Assembly (NCBI GenBank): GCA_051294375.1
Contig: CM119266.1
Coordinates: 16,610,087-16,674,086, forward strand
Source: Paraspadella gotoi
Lineage: Eukaryota; Animalia; Chaetognatha
DNA: 64,000 nt
Direction: 5' to 3'
The notes below the pieces were generated by a model. It saw only the letters and a program-made list of their open reading frames with translations. It had not been told where the DNA came from and made no database searches. A program made the position numbers and the translations under genes. Below are positions 39,418-52,982 of this stretch, piece by piece (positions within the stretch are counted from its first letter, which is position 1; each line of letters begins with the position of its first letter).

Positions 39418-41155
39418 CTTCTTCTCTTCTTTCCACCCTTTCTCATTTCACTCCTTCCACCTCTTTCCACCCTTTCTCTTTCCACTCCTTCCACCTCTTT
39501 CCACCCGAAGCTAAACGAACTCTTAAGGACGGATCGCGACTCCAGCTCGAGAAGAAGAAGACAGATGGAAAATGGGCAAGACGAGAAATGGAGGAGGAGA
39601 GTGATGGGAGGACAGATGGAGTGGAGGGGACGAGGTTGAAAGAGCTGGGGTGATGGGGTGATGGGGTGATGGGGTGGAGTCGTAGGACTGACGGGAAGCA
39701 GGTCCGTAAGACTGACAAGGTTGATACCCTCGTTGTCGATGAGATTGACAACAACAAAATGGTTTTATATTATAGGAAATATTGGTTTGGTTAAGTATTA
39801 AGTATTCCGATTTTCCGAAACAAAATTGGGAAAGTTACAATTCAAACGGAAAAAAAAACTTGGTCCTTGTAAACAATTTTTTTGTAAAAAAAAAGTCGTC
39901 AATCTTCCGTTGGGTTTTAGAAAAAACAACCAAAATAAAATTGAAAATCTCGTTCGAGTGTGAGAGGAAATTTCAAGAAAGCTGGCGGGAGGCGATGTCG
40001 GGGAAAAAAAACTGGAAGGGAGAGTCGAAGAGAAAATGAAATGATTATTCAAAGGAGAGACGAGGATGGAAAAAAAGGAAAACGAGCAAAGGTTGAGTGA
40101 AATGGCCGGGATTGCGGGGAAGAAGAGAATTTGAGAGCGAGAATATTAGGTGACGGTGAAAAGGTTCGAGGAACGGGAAGAAAACATAACAGAGGAAAAA
40201 GGAGAAAAGATATATTTGGTGGCTGACGAGGCGAAAGAGGAAGGAAAGATCTAAGAAGGAATAAAAAAAAAAATCCTTGTCAAAGGAGGAAAAAAAAACA
40301 GACAAAAGTCACTGAAAAGAAAAAAAAAAGGAGAAAGGCGAAAAAGAAGCGGGAAAAGGGAGAAAAGAAAACATAAAAGAAACGAGTCGAAGATTAAAAA
40401 ACAGGTGAGAGAAAAATTAGGAGAAAATAGGAAATAAGAAGAGAAGAAGAGAGAGAGAAGAAAAAGAAAGGTTCGGGGTATAACGAAGGACGAAAAGGAG
40501 AGAAAAATTGGAAGCGCGAAAGAAGAAGGCAAAGAAGAAGGCGATTCTCTAGAGGAAGGAAGGAAAAACTCGAGCGCGAAAAAGAAAAAAAAGAAAAAAA
40601 AAAAAAACTTGAGAGGAAAAAAGTGAGACGTAAAATGGTTGGAAGGAGAGAAGGAGAAAATATTGGAACGCGAACTAAATGTATGGGAAGAAAAATAAAA
40701 AAAAAAAGTCGAGAAAGAATTAAGGGGGAATTTGGAAAAGGGGGAACAAAACAGGTGCGCCAAATTTAAGTCGGTATAAATGGAACTAGAACTATATTGC
40801 TTGTTTTGAGAGGTTTGTGAATATGCCTCTATTTTCAGAAGACAACACTAACATCGCTCTCTTTATTACATTATTCATATGTAAAATAAATCTTATAAAT
40901 ACATTTATTACTTATGTAAAATATTTGAAAATTAATTTTAAAACTTAGTCTAATATAGTAAAACGAGTAATTTACTATTTTCATATCATAAAATATATAT
41001 AAATATATATATAATAATAATTTGGACAAACAACTTTGTAATTTCGAAATATGTTATTTTTCTGTTTTTTTTTTTTGTGTTCTGGTGGCGAGAGGAAAAG
41101 AAGGAAATAAGGTGGGCGGATTGTTGATGCTTTCCTTCATAATCATATCTCGAAA

Positions 41156-41303
41156 ACCGAGTGCAACGTAGGTGGACTTATACCACCGGTAGCAAGCTGA
41201 CTGAAGCAAGTCAACGGACAAAAAGATCTCTCATACCCAGTACCCATTGGGCTCGCTAAGTTTGGGGCTAGCGACCTTGTCAGAGAGCATTGCAACCCTC
41301 GGT
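41156..41303. other. Compact multi-stem structured island (candidate ncRNA or SINE-derived fold)
   Basis: Closing stem ACCGAG-TGCAA / TTGCA-acc-CTCGGT, with internal GGTGG/CCACC, TGACT/AGTCA, CTCTC/GAGAG, CCCA/TGGG and TCGCTA/TAGCGA. Confidence 0.3.
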
Positions 41304-42918
41304 CACTTTTAAGTCTTTGGTTTTTGCAGAAGACAGTTTAGCTGTCTCTCTGTTGATAAAATATCCTCATAAAAGCAAGAAATAAAAATCAATTCGATTG
41401 TCAAAGATCAACAAATTCTATGCAGAGTCGAAGACGAAGGAAATGGCTCTAATTTCGAGGTCACGGCGCACGCGAGAAAAAACGTTGTTCGAAACAAACG
41501 TGTGGCTCTCGTCGCCGCAGCGAAACATTAGCGCCGTTTGGGATACGCCCACGCTTCTAGTGGCGGCGTCGTGGGAAATAAGAGAGAGGCGTAGCCGTTG
41601 AAGAAGTGATCGTAGCGGCGTGCGTGACGGAAGTGATTCGGAGCTGATGCGACGTCTTATCGCGGAAGAAAATGGGAGTGGCGAGGCGAGCGGAAATGGA
41701 ATATCGAAGTTGACGCCGCTAGGAGCCGCCAGGGAAACGTGGCGATTCGCAAGAAAATAGAAAACGCAAAAGGAGGATAAAAAATAAGCGGAAGTTTTAT
41801 GGAGAAAAACAAAAACGGAGATGAAAAACGGAGATGGCGGTCGAGGCGGTGGCGGCGATCAAGGCGGCGCAGGCGTCGACACTCGACAGAGGTCGAAGGG
41901 ATTTGATGTAGAGAGCTTTGTGAAGGTGAGAAGGCGTGAAAATGAATAATGTCCAGCTGAATCGAAGTGATATGACAGATGGATGATGAGCCTTTGTTTT
42001 GAACCTAAATTCACGTAAATTAATCTTTCCGGATTTGACTAATGACCATTGGGTAGAATCGACGTCTCGCGGTTAATCGGTGAAAAACCCAAGTTTCAAA
42101 CGTCTCGCTCTCATTAAAGTTAACCATCGGGCGACTCGCTCTCTCTCTCTCTCTCGGCGTTCCGTCTCGTTCTTGACATTTTTTTTCCCCCTCGAATTTT
42201 AATAGTTTCGCTTTTTAACGTTCGTCGTATTTTATTCTTCCGGGTCATTACTTCCCAGTTTCCGCGGTTTCTTATCGAAATGTTTTTTTTTCCTTTACGT
42301 CTCCTTCGTTTCCCTTGTATTTTCGTTTACCCCTCGTTTTCTCTCTTTTTTTTTTGTTTAACCCCCGGGGATTGTTTGTTTACAGTTTGTTTACAGTTTG
42401 TTTACCGTTTTCCTCTCGCGGTCTCTGCCCGATGTCGTTTCAGCCACGGGCGACGGCGCTAAAAACGAAGGGGAGAAAGAAAGAAAAAAAAAATCTTTTT
42501 TTTTTTGTTTAAAAATAAGGAAAGAAAAAAAAAAAGAAGATAGAAATACGGAAGCCGCGCTGTAATTTTTTTGATTAATGAAGCGAATTCATCTCGGGCG
42601 TCGACGTCGGTTTTGACTTCAGCGTAAAAACGATGATGAAACGAAAATAAAAATCCTTCGCCTTGTTGTCTCCCACGAAGCTTCGTCTTCGTCCGTCGGA
42701 GTCCCTCCACTGCCCATTGACCACACCTCACGTTTAACGCTTTTTATTTTTGATTAATTTTACGTTTTTGAATCTATTTCACACAACATAGCCCTTTTTA
42801 TTTTTTTCAGGCAGTTTTTTATATGTCTCTCTCTCTTTCTCTCTCTCTCTCTCATTCATTCATAGATTATATAAATCGCTTAGTTTAACCTTCCCCTCCT
42901 CCATGCCATTCATTCCAG

Positions 42919-43101
42919 ATTCTCGACCACACCCCGAGGCCGTCGTCGACGCCTCAAGCGATGAAGAAGATTCACTCAATGGCGAAGCTTTCGTTCCGCG
43001 GGAGTCTGCAGTCGAAGAAGCCGCCGTTGCTTTCGCAGCTGTGGACGCGACAGCTGCAGGGCAGCAGCTGCAACGGAGGGAGGAACTCTCAGCATTACAA
43101 G
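42919..43101 (+). CDS. Isolated internal exon candidate (183 nt), frame ambiguous
   Basis: TTCCAG acceptor, AAG|GTAAAA donor, GC-rich, length divisible by 3, two open frames (DSRPHPEAVVDASSDEEDS... or ILDHTPRPSSTPQAMKK...). Confidence 0.5.
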
Positions 43102-43298
43102 GTAAAAGCAGATATCCTTGGCCTTGTTGTTCCTAAAAAGGTTTCAGTTTCTTTTATCTTCGTGACTTTAATCACTTTTTTTTTTACCATCGGCTTTTTT
43201 TATTGTCTCTCGCGAGAAATCGATTTTTATCGATTTATACTTTCTTCCTCCTCCGAAAAAAAAAGCAAAGAAAAAAAAAAAAAAGCGTAATGAAAAGC

Positions 43299-43642
43299 AG
43301 TGAGTGCGAGCGTGAAATACAGAAAGAGAGAAAGAGAGAAAGAGAGAAAGAGAGAGAGAGAGAGCTCGGGAGAGTGAGTGAGAAAGAGATTAGCGAGGGA
43401 TGGAGAAAGCTCGTTACGATGGAAGGAGAAGAGAAACAGAGAGAGAGACAGATAATTCCAGCGTCGGCGCCAGAGTGATTGAGGAGAGAGAATCCACGCT
43501 TTTTTGCATTTTTATTCTTCAGTTAGAAATTGGAGACATTGATAATCGTTCTGACAGCAAATGTACTGCGACGCCGGGTCTGGGCGGTAAAATATGTCAG
43601 TCAGAGGAAATCGTTGAACAAAGAGAGAAAAATGCTAGGGAA

Positions 43643-43694
<52 letters not shown>

Positions 43695-44072
43695 TGGCAT
43701 GCAAGTACATTCTTTTTTCGTGAACGAAAAAGAAAGAAAAAAAAAGAGGTTTTATCCTTTTAAGTTTTATATTTCTTCTCTTCTCTCTATCTTTCCCTTC
43801 TTCCATTCTCGAACCAAAGAAAAGAAGATAAGGGTTTCTCTCTTTAGGGCGTCTCGAAAAAAAAAAGGAGAGGGATCGTTTTGGCCTCTTTTGAATAAAC
43901 GACTTGTCCTCCTCAGAGAGGACCATCATTTTTCATGGTCGCCCTCTTATCCCCCTTTACACTTCTTGGCCCCTTTTTATTTTCCGTCTCTTTCCCCTTC
44001 TCTTTGTCTACTACAACTTTCGACTACACCTCCTCTCACTTTCTTTTCTTCCATTACTTGAAGAAGCAAAAA

Positions 44073-44151
<79 letters not shown>

Positions 44152-45034
44152 AAAGACTAAGAGAGAGTGCGGGCATAAAAAAATCCTCCTGAGATATGGT
44201 AAGACGATGAGAAATGACGACGCCGTAAGGTGAGACTGGGAAGTCGGGGATGGAAAACCCTTTTTTTTCCTCTTTTTTTTTCTCTTCAAAAGAAAAACCT
44301 CCGAGGTTCTTCCTTTCTTCTTCCTCTTTATTTTATTATTCTTCTCCTTCTCCTTCTTCTTCTTCTTCTTCTTGTTCTCCTTCTTCTTCAACCTGATTTT
44401 CTTCACATTTACTCGCCCTTTGTGGAGAGCGGCGGCGGCGGCTCTTTTTTCTCGGCCAAGATCGCCGGGTTGTGAAAGGATGAGCTTCTGTCGCGATCCA
44501 GAATTGATGGGGAATTTTCTTTTCTTCTCTGGGAAAAAAAACTTGGGAAGTTAAGTTTTTTATATTCTAGTCATTTTTTTGTTGTTGCAATTTTGGGTTC
44601 GTTTTATTTCTTTGGCTTTTGTCGGTTGTCAGTTGTCCATTTAGTACATAATAAACTTACATTCGACGGTTAACTTTATGTTATACAACTGTCAAAAAAT
44701 TAATAACATTGTCAGTCATACATACTCGTCATCTCGTGACACCACTTTTTCCCCACTAAACTATCAGCCAGTTTATGAAAACCTTCGAAACAAATCTCCG
44801 CCCGTAAATCACACGAGATTTATGTTCCCAGCAAAAAAAAAAAGTCTCTCCCTCTCTTCCTCTCGTCATCCTCCGCCGGGCAGCGCCGCCCCTTTCCTTA
44901 ATCGGCGTTAGAATCGGGCGTCGTTCGCCGATCAGATTCCACTTTCCATTTTCAATCCACTTTTGACGAACGACGCCAGCGACGGATTCTCCTTCGTTGC
45001 CGCGTCCCTCCAAATGCGAATTTTATGGCGCGCG

Positions 45035-45126
<92 letters not shown>

Positions 45127-45735
45127 GTTCGTCGTCGTCGTCTTTGTTTTTGTTTACGGCATCGCCTCCATCGCCATCTCCTGGCGGCGAATTCACGTGA
45201 ATCACCTCCGGGACGCGAGAGGAATTCCCTCTTCGCTTTATTGCGCCATCGAAGGGTTTAAAGGTTTCCCGATTCTCGACAGAGTTTTCTGAGAGAGATC
45301 AACTTCGGAGGAGCTGCTTAGTTGGACCGTGTCAGCAGTCTTAAGACTTAAGAGCAAAAGCCGGAGATCACAAGGTTGGGAATAAATTAGACCGACAAGA
45401 AAAATCGTGGGTTTAAGAATTCGAGGGAAATTTGTTTTATTTTAAGTATTATCATTAAAAAAAAAAACAAAATATATCGAACCTTCAATATCTTCCGTCG
45501 GCTCACAATAATTACATTCTCTTCGTCGACAACGCCACGCCTCGAGCGCCCAAAAAATCTCCGACCCGGTTCCGCTTCGGCCTCAGCGAGTTTTTCCTCG
45601 TCGCTGAGTTTAGACCAAAAAAAAAAAAAAAAAGAGTGAATCATTTCTCCGTCGAAGCGGAATAGAAAATGCCCCACATTATGCAAACCAGTTTAAGAAA
45701 ACATGGCGAAACATCGCTCTCTCTCTCTCTCTCTC

Positions 45736-45745
<10 letters not shown>
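43299..45745 (+). repeat. Direct duplication, cleaner copy (partner 50366-52990)
   Basis: Colinear from AGTGAGTGCGAGCGTGAAATACAG to ACATCGCT(CT)n in both copies. Confidence 0.95.
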
Positions 45746-45770
<25 letters not shown>

Positions 45771-45947
45771 TCCTCTCTCTCTCTCTCTATCTTCTTTTCT
45801 ACTCGTTCTCAAGCTCAGTCCTTCGAAGAGAGACGGTTGAAAAAAAAAAAAAACTGGCTTGATGATGCCCACGACGATAAACCTGGCGAACACGGACGAC
45901 GACGAGAACGACAACGCCGATGTCGGTGATGACGACTTAGACGATAG

Positions 45948-45948
45948 G

Positions 45949-45993
<45 letters not shown>

Positions 45994-45999
45994 GACGAC
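45948..45999. repeat. (GAC)n microsatellite; similar (GTC)n tracts at 38372-38408 and 57018-57062
   Basis: Direct reading. Confidence 0.95.
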
Positions 46000-46947
46000 G
46001 GCATCGAATCTTGTCGAGAGTGGTGCACCAAGTCTCGTTAGCGGACTCTGTCACTAATAAAGCAAAAAGGGAAAGTTGAGCAGGATATATCGTGATATGA
46101 AGATTCTGCAAATTTCAACCAAAAAAATGGATCGAATGTTGCATAAAAAGAAGGCAAGAAATCGATATGAAATTTTTTTATTACATGTGGCGATTTAAAA
46201 TAAAAACATGAAAAATGAAACTTTCTTTTATTTATTTACATACGGTACATCGTAAAAGCCATTGGCTTTTGTAAAAAAAAATGGTATTTTGTATTCTGCT
46301 CTATTTCATTCACATGGCAGGATTTTTAAGTCTGGAATAATCAATATTAATTAAGCCTTTGCTTGTCGAAAATTCATTAAAAAGTCGATTCAAATTACTT
46401 TCGAGTCGATCTTTTTAAAGTTTCCCCCCAGCGTCTCTTTGCAAACTTCCCATTTGGGGGTTTCGCATATAAAGAGAGTTTCCCAATAACGAACGTCGAT
46501 AACATCTTCGTCTTAGTGAGATTCTAAACACGTTTTTCCTACCCCCCGATACAATTAGGTAAACTTGAAATTGAAAATTAACTAAAGATAAATAAATTAA
46601 TAAACAAATAAACTAATAAACTAATAACCAAACAATTGGTTTAGTAATGCTTTTAAATATACAAATACACAACGAAGCAGTGCCAACATCACCGCCAAAC
46701 TATTCCGGTCTCATTAGTTTCCACGTTGGGTGAACTGATCCTGCGCCATCTATAAATGGAGAGAGAGAGAGAGAGACAGATAGAAAGAGAGATAGAGAGT
46801 GTGAGAGAGAGGCAAAGAGCGGGAAGAAGATGTTGAGTTAGAAAGAGAGACTGACAGATACAGACAGAGAAAGAGAGAGAGATATTTATTTATTATATAT
46901 ATCTCATTCTCACTCTCTTTCTCCCTTTCTTTCTTTCTATATGTATA

Positions 46948-46996
<49 letters not shown>

Positions 46997-48445
46997 TTGA
47001 GAGAGAGAGAGAGGTACATACTGACTGAAGTAAAGCAAAAAAGTAAGCATTATCATTAGGCGACCTCGGCGTGAAGGTACAAACAAAAAATGTGAGACTT
47101 CACATAAAATCATTTTTTAAAGAATTATCAGACATTTTGAAGATGGACAGAGAAACATGTTTTGTCGTCAGTAAAAAAACAAGAAATAATTAATAATATT
47201 AACATATATTTCATTAAAATTTTTCTTTTTTGAATTGAATATGAGCGTTGCACTGCATATTTGTTGCGTTGTTACTGTTGTTCCCGTTGTTAGTTTCTTA
47301 AGCAAATGATCTATGACTAATCTGATATTAGTTGCTTATGACATTTGCCGCATAATTCCTGATATTTTATTGATCACCAAACTATTTTAATTGATTTGTC
47401 CGGCAAAGTTGATTTTCAACCTTTTTTATAGTTAATTTATATAGAAAATAAAAATTTCGAAGATTACTGTTTGTTTATCTTATATTCTTTTGATATTTAA
47501 AACCGAAGGAATCCGCTTTAACATAGTAAGACGAAATATTGAAAACTGACTATTAAAATACATTTAAATGCGTTACTACTAGAACCCTAGGTAACCGAGA
47601 TGTTCAAATGCAGTTTCGATATTTCAAACAATTTAATTTGATCTTGACACCCTAGGATAAATAATTTTGGTTCTTCATAGAAAAAAATAATTTTTTTTAA
47701 AAAATAATATATCGATGAAAAGCTTAAAAATATATCTTTTAATCCTTATAATATTTATTTAAATCACTGAAGGTTTAGGTTATTTATTTAGTCAAATATA
47801 ATAAAAATGAATTTAACTTTATCTTAATTTGCATGAACTAGTCAACTGGTGAGGCCTATTTCTTTCTTAAATGGAAAAACCGCAAAAAACCGCAACAGGG
47901 GTAATAAATGGGAAATACTCCTGACTATTAAATACCATCAAAGGTTTCAATTTCGTTTAACCCTAGTTAACCCAGGACCTTAAAGATGAAAATTTGGAAC
48001 TTAAAGGAAAGAAAGTACTGAGAAAATGATGCTGTCATCTGCATGCCACTGTATTCCAGTATGTCGACTTTAAATCATTGAAAGAAGCATGTCAGCAGAA
48101 ATCCTATGAAAAAGAGCTACCGATAAATCGTAGAAAGAAGTAAATATTTTTTCAAAAATAACTATTTTAACCTAAGGTTAAAGTCCGCCATGTCGAAAAA
48201 AAGTTAGTAAAAAATCAATTTATGTCGAAAATGACAACTTGTAAACAAAAAATCACCATGACAACAAAACAAATAGCTAAGGTCAGATATCGCGGGTCAG
48301 AACTTTAAATTCAAACCAACTTTACGAAAATCTATTGAGATCGTAGCTGTGATAAAGTTGGCCGGGATATTTTCCGTCATCAGGTAACAGTGTGCCCCCC
48401 CATTTTTTTTCAACCACCTCCCCCATACCGTCCCCCCCAACACAG

Positions 48446-48717
48446 GACCCCGGTCCCCGCGTGATGAAGGCCCCTCGGATCCCCACGGGGGATTCCTCTG
48501 CGTCCTCGCCGTCATGCTCTTCCTCCTCATGCTCTTCATCATGATCAACGTCGCTTGTCCGTTGTTGCGTAGNNNNNNNNNNNNNNNNNNNNNNNNNCCG
48601 AAACCGCCGCCGCCGCCGCTTCCGCCGCCGCCGCCGCCCGTCTTCGTCCTCGTCGTCTTCGTCCCGACCTTGGACCCTCACCCGAGTCTCCCGCCCAGGT
48701 GCTCCGCTCCGCTATAG
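48446..48717 (+). CDS. Candidate exon with a transmembrane segment (GFLCVLAVMLFLLMLFIMINVAC) and a Pro-rich tail, interrupted by a 25-N gap
   Basis: C-rich tract plus ACAG acceptor at 48445. The phase-1 frame is hydrophobic with C-ending codons. Frame across the gap cannot be verified. Confidence 0.35.
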
Positions 48718-50365
48718 CCCTCCCCACCCTCCCCACCCACCAACGACGTCATTCGACTGTTTTCTCGTTTCTCTTCGAACCGAAAACTCAAAAAACGAGT
48801 TTCGCCATCATGGCGGCGTTATATTTTGCGACTCTGCCTGACGGCGGGGTACGAAATGACGCCATGACGTCGATATCAGTAAACAACGACGACAACGATT
48901 CCGACGACGACGACGACGACGACACCAACCATCGTAGATTGTCGGTGAAAAAAAAAAAGAGAGCGAGACGATTGTAAACAATAACTGTCAAGGAAATTGG
49001 CAACGACTTTGACAAGATGAGTTGTCGCCTTTTGTTTCCTCCCCCTGACGTTTCCCACTCTGGCTCGACTCCTTCCTCCTTCCGCCCGCCTTCCGACTTT
49101 TCTCCCACGCCACGTTGCGCCTTCCACCTGCACCTCCCGAAGGCGCGTTCCCTCGAGGCGGTTGCCGACGAAGATTCATACGACGTTCGTAATTGTCCGC
49201 TTGCGAAGCCGAAGTTTCCTTCTTTTTTTCTTTTCTTATTTTTTTTTTTTACGTTTTAATTTCTTTTTTTTTTTTTTGGAGTTTTCTCTTTTCTCGTAAG
49301 ATCCGTTGTTTCTCATTTTTTTCTCCGTTCCCGCCCTGTGTTCTTTTTCTTCTTTCTCTTCTTTCCATTCACCTAAATTGAAATAAAAGTCCTTCTTTTT
49401 CCTCCTTTTCCCCTTTTCTTTTCCTTATTTCCTTTTCCCCCCCCTTTTTGAATTCCCAACGCCGTCTTCAACGTCGCAGAAAAACGTCGCGAGACTCCCC
49501 CCCCCCTCTCGAAAAAGGGAAAGAGATTATCGTCGTGGGAAAGGCGCGACCTCTGGCCGAGAGAGCGTTTCCATGGCAACGGAGCATCCCCGGGACGCTT
49601 GGGACTGAAAAACCGATTATGCGGGAAGCGGCTGAAATAACTCACGATAATCCACACCGTTTTTGTTAAAATAATGATATATTTTAAACAAAGTTAAAAA
49701 AAAATAAAAACGTTTCAACTATATAACAACTCTGTCTCGCTCTCGTCGCTCTTTCTCCGACTAAACGACGACGACTAGGACGACGACTACGACGTCAACC
49801 CGCGCTTTCTCCTCCCCGTCTCCATGGCGACCCCGCCTCTTTGGCAACGCGTTCCCATCGTAACCGGCGGGCGGCCGGCGAGAGCGAGCGCGCGCAATTC
49901 AAAAACTCTTATCTTCGTTGTTAATGTGATGTGGGATAGACTTTTAGTCCTTCTCTTCTCTCCCTCTCTCTCTTTCTTCGTCTCTGTCTCTGTCTGGAAA
50001 GAAAGGCCGGTGAGGCGACCCGCGAGGCGACCAGCGACGCGGCCGGCCGTCGCGGTCGGCCGATGCGGCCTCCCTGCTTTCCCGCCGCAGCTTTTTAACT
50101 GTTGTTATTGTTCTCTTCCCGTGACTGCGATTCTTCATTCTCCGTCGTCATCCTTCGTCGACGCCATCTCATTCCGTCGCCGCCCAAAAGTCTTCATCTT
50201 CGACGCGTGAATTCGACGCCGAGATCTGTCGTTGTTGTCGTCGCAGCCGTCGTCGCCGCCAGCCCACATCCGCGGGGAAAACAGGTGAGGGGAAGAAAAT
50301 ACGACCTCGAATACAAATAAATGACGTTAATAAAATCGGGNNNNNNNNNNNNNNNNNNNNNNNNN

Positions 50366-50711
50366 AGTGAGTGCGAGCGTGAAATACAGAAAGAGAGAAA
50401 AAGAGAAAGAGAAGAGAGAGAGAGCTCGGGGAGAGTGAGTGATAAAATATTAGCGAGGGATGGAGAAAGCTCGTTACGATGGAAGGAGAAGAGAAACAGA
50501 GAGAGAGACAGATAATTCCAGCGTCGGCGCCAGAGTGATTGAGGAAGGAGAATCCACGCTTTTTTGCATTTTTTTTTATTCTTCAGTTAGAAATTGGCAC
50601 GATTGATATCGTTCTGACAGCAAATGTACTGCGACGCCGGTCTGGGCGGTAAAAATATGTCAGTCAGAGGAAAGTCGTTGAACAAAGAGAGAAAAATTCT
50701 AGGGAAAGAAA

Positions 50712-50762
<51 letters not shown>

Positions 50763-52982
50763 CAGAGTAGCATGCAAGTAACATTTTTTTTCGTGAACGA
50801 AAAAGAAAGCAAAAAAGAAGAGTTTTATCCTTTTTAAGTTTTATATCTTCTCTTCTCTCCATCTTTCCCTTCTTCCATTCTCGAACCAAAGAAAAGAAGA
50901 ATAAGGGTTTCTCTCTTTAGGGCGTCTCGAAAAAAAAAAAAAAAAAGGAGAGGGATCGTTTTGGCCTCTTTTGAATAAACGACTTGTCCTCCTCAGAGAG
51001 GACCATCATTTTTCATTGGTCGCCTCTTATCCCCCCTTTACACTTCTTGGCCCCTTTTTTATTTTCCGTCTCTTTCCCCTTCTCTTTGTCTACTACAACT
51101 TTCGACTACACCTCCCTCTCACTTTCTTTTCTTCCATTTACTTGAAGAAGCAAAAGAAGAGAGAGACGAGAGACGAGGAGGAGAGAGAGAGAGAGAGAGA
51201 GAAGAGAGAAAGAAAAAGCACTAAGAGAGTAGCTGCACGGGCATAAAAAAAATCCTCCTGAGATATGTAAGACGCATGAGAAATGACGTAACGCGCGTAA
51301 TGGTCTGATAGACTGCGGAAGTCGGAATGGAAAACCCTTTTTTTTTCTCTTTCAAAAGAAAAAAACCTCCAGGTTTCTTCCTTCTTCTTGCCTCTTATTT
51401 TATTATTCTCTCCGTTCGTCCTTCTTCCTCTTCTCTTCTCTTGATTCTCCTTACTTCTTCAAAACCTTGATTTCTCACATCTTTACTCGCCCTTTGTGGA
51501 GAGCGCCGGCGGCTCTTTTTCCTCGGCCAAGATCGCCGGGTTGTGAAAGGATGAGCTTCTGGTCGCGATCCAGAAGTTGATGGGGAATTTTCTTTTTCTT
51601 TTCTCTGCCGGTGAAACAAATACAACACATTGGGGAAGGTTAAGTTTTTTTGATGTATTCTTAGTCATTTTTTGATGTCGTTGCAATTTTTCTGGCGTTC
51701 GCATTTACTGCTTTTGGCTTTTGTCGGTTGTTCAGTTGCTCCATTTAGTACATAGTAAACTTACATTCGACGGTTAACTTTATGAAATCGTAGCAACAAT
51801 TATTAAAAAAGTAAGTTCTCTGTATGTTATACAACTGTCAAAATAAAGTAATAACATTGTAAGTCATACATACTTTCGTCATGCTCGGTGACACCACTTT
51901 TTTCCCCACTAAAAACTGTATCAGGCCAGTTTATGAAAACCTTTTCGAAACAAGAATGCTCCGCCCGTAAATCACACGAGATTTATGTTCCCAGCAAAAA
52001 AAAAGTCTCCTCCCTCTCTTCCTCTCGTTCATCCTCCGCCGGCCAGCGCCGCCCCTTCCTTAATTCGGCGTTAGAATCGTGGTCGTCGTGTCGCCCGATT
52101 CAGCATTCCACTTTCCATTCTTCAAATCCACTTTATTGACGAACGACGCCAGCGGACGGATTGCTCCTTCGTTGCCGCGTCCCTCCAAATTGTCGTATGA
52201 TTTTATTGGCGCCGCGACCTGAGAGAGAGAGATGGAGAGAGAGGAGAGATGAGAGATAGAAGAGAGAGAGAGAGAGAGACGAGTGAGAGAGTCATGAGGA
52301 GGAGAGATGCGAGATGAGGACGAAGAGGAGAGTTCTCGTCGCGTCTCTTTGTTTTTGTACGGCATTCGCCTCCATTCGCCATTCTCCTGGCGGCGAATTC
52401 ACGTGAGACACCTCCGCGGGACGCGAAGGAATTCCCTCTTTCGCTTATTTGCGCCAATCGAAGGGGTTTAAAGGTTTCCCGATTCTCGACAGAGTTTTCT
52501 GAGGAGAGGATCAACTTCGGGGAGCTGCTTAGTTAGGACCGTGTCAGACAGTCTTAAGACTTAAGAGGCAAAAGCCGGCAGATCACAAGGTTGGAATAAA
52601 TTAGGACCGAGCAAGAACATCGTTGGGTTTAAGATCTTCGAGGGAAATTTGTTTTTTATTTTTTAAGTATTATGCATTTTAAAAAAAACAAAATATAATT
52701 CAGACAACACTTCAATCCTACATTCCGTCCAGGCTCCCACATCAACCTAATTACTTATTCTCTTCTGTCGTACAACGCCACTGCCGTCGAGCGCCCAAAA
52801 AATCTCCGACCCGACAGGGTTCCGCTTTCGGCCTCAGCGAGTTTTTCCTCGTCGCTGAGTTTAGGAACCAAAAAAAAAAAAAAGAGGTGAATCATTTCTC
52901 CGCGGAAAGCGCGAATAGAAATTGCCCCCACCATTATGGCAAACCAGTTTAAGAGAAAACTGCGAAGACATCGCTTCTCTCT

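Noticed and set aside
45859-46041. Poly-Asp ORF
   Set aside because: Driven by a (GAC)n tract, a repeat type common in non-coding parts of this window.
47580-48180. Scattered AACCCTAG, TTAGG and TAACCTAAGGTTA motifs as telomere-like or transposon-end signals
   Set aside because: Not tandem, and no paired termini could be defined.
48366-48384. Minus-strand CTGATGA-CG-GAAA, and plus-strand CTGACGA-AAAAC-GAAA near 62812
   Set aside because: No stem II or flanking helices; likely chance matches.
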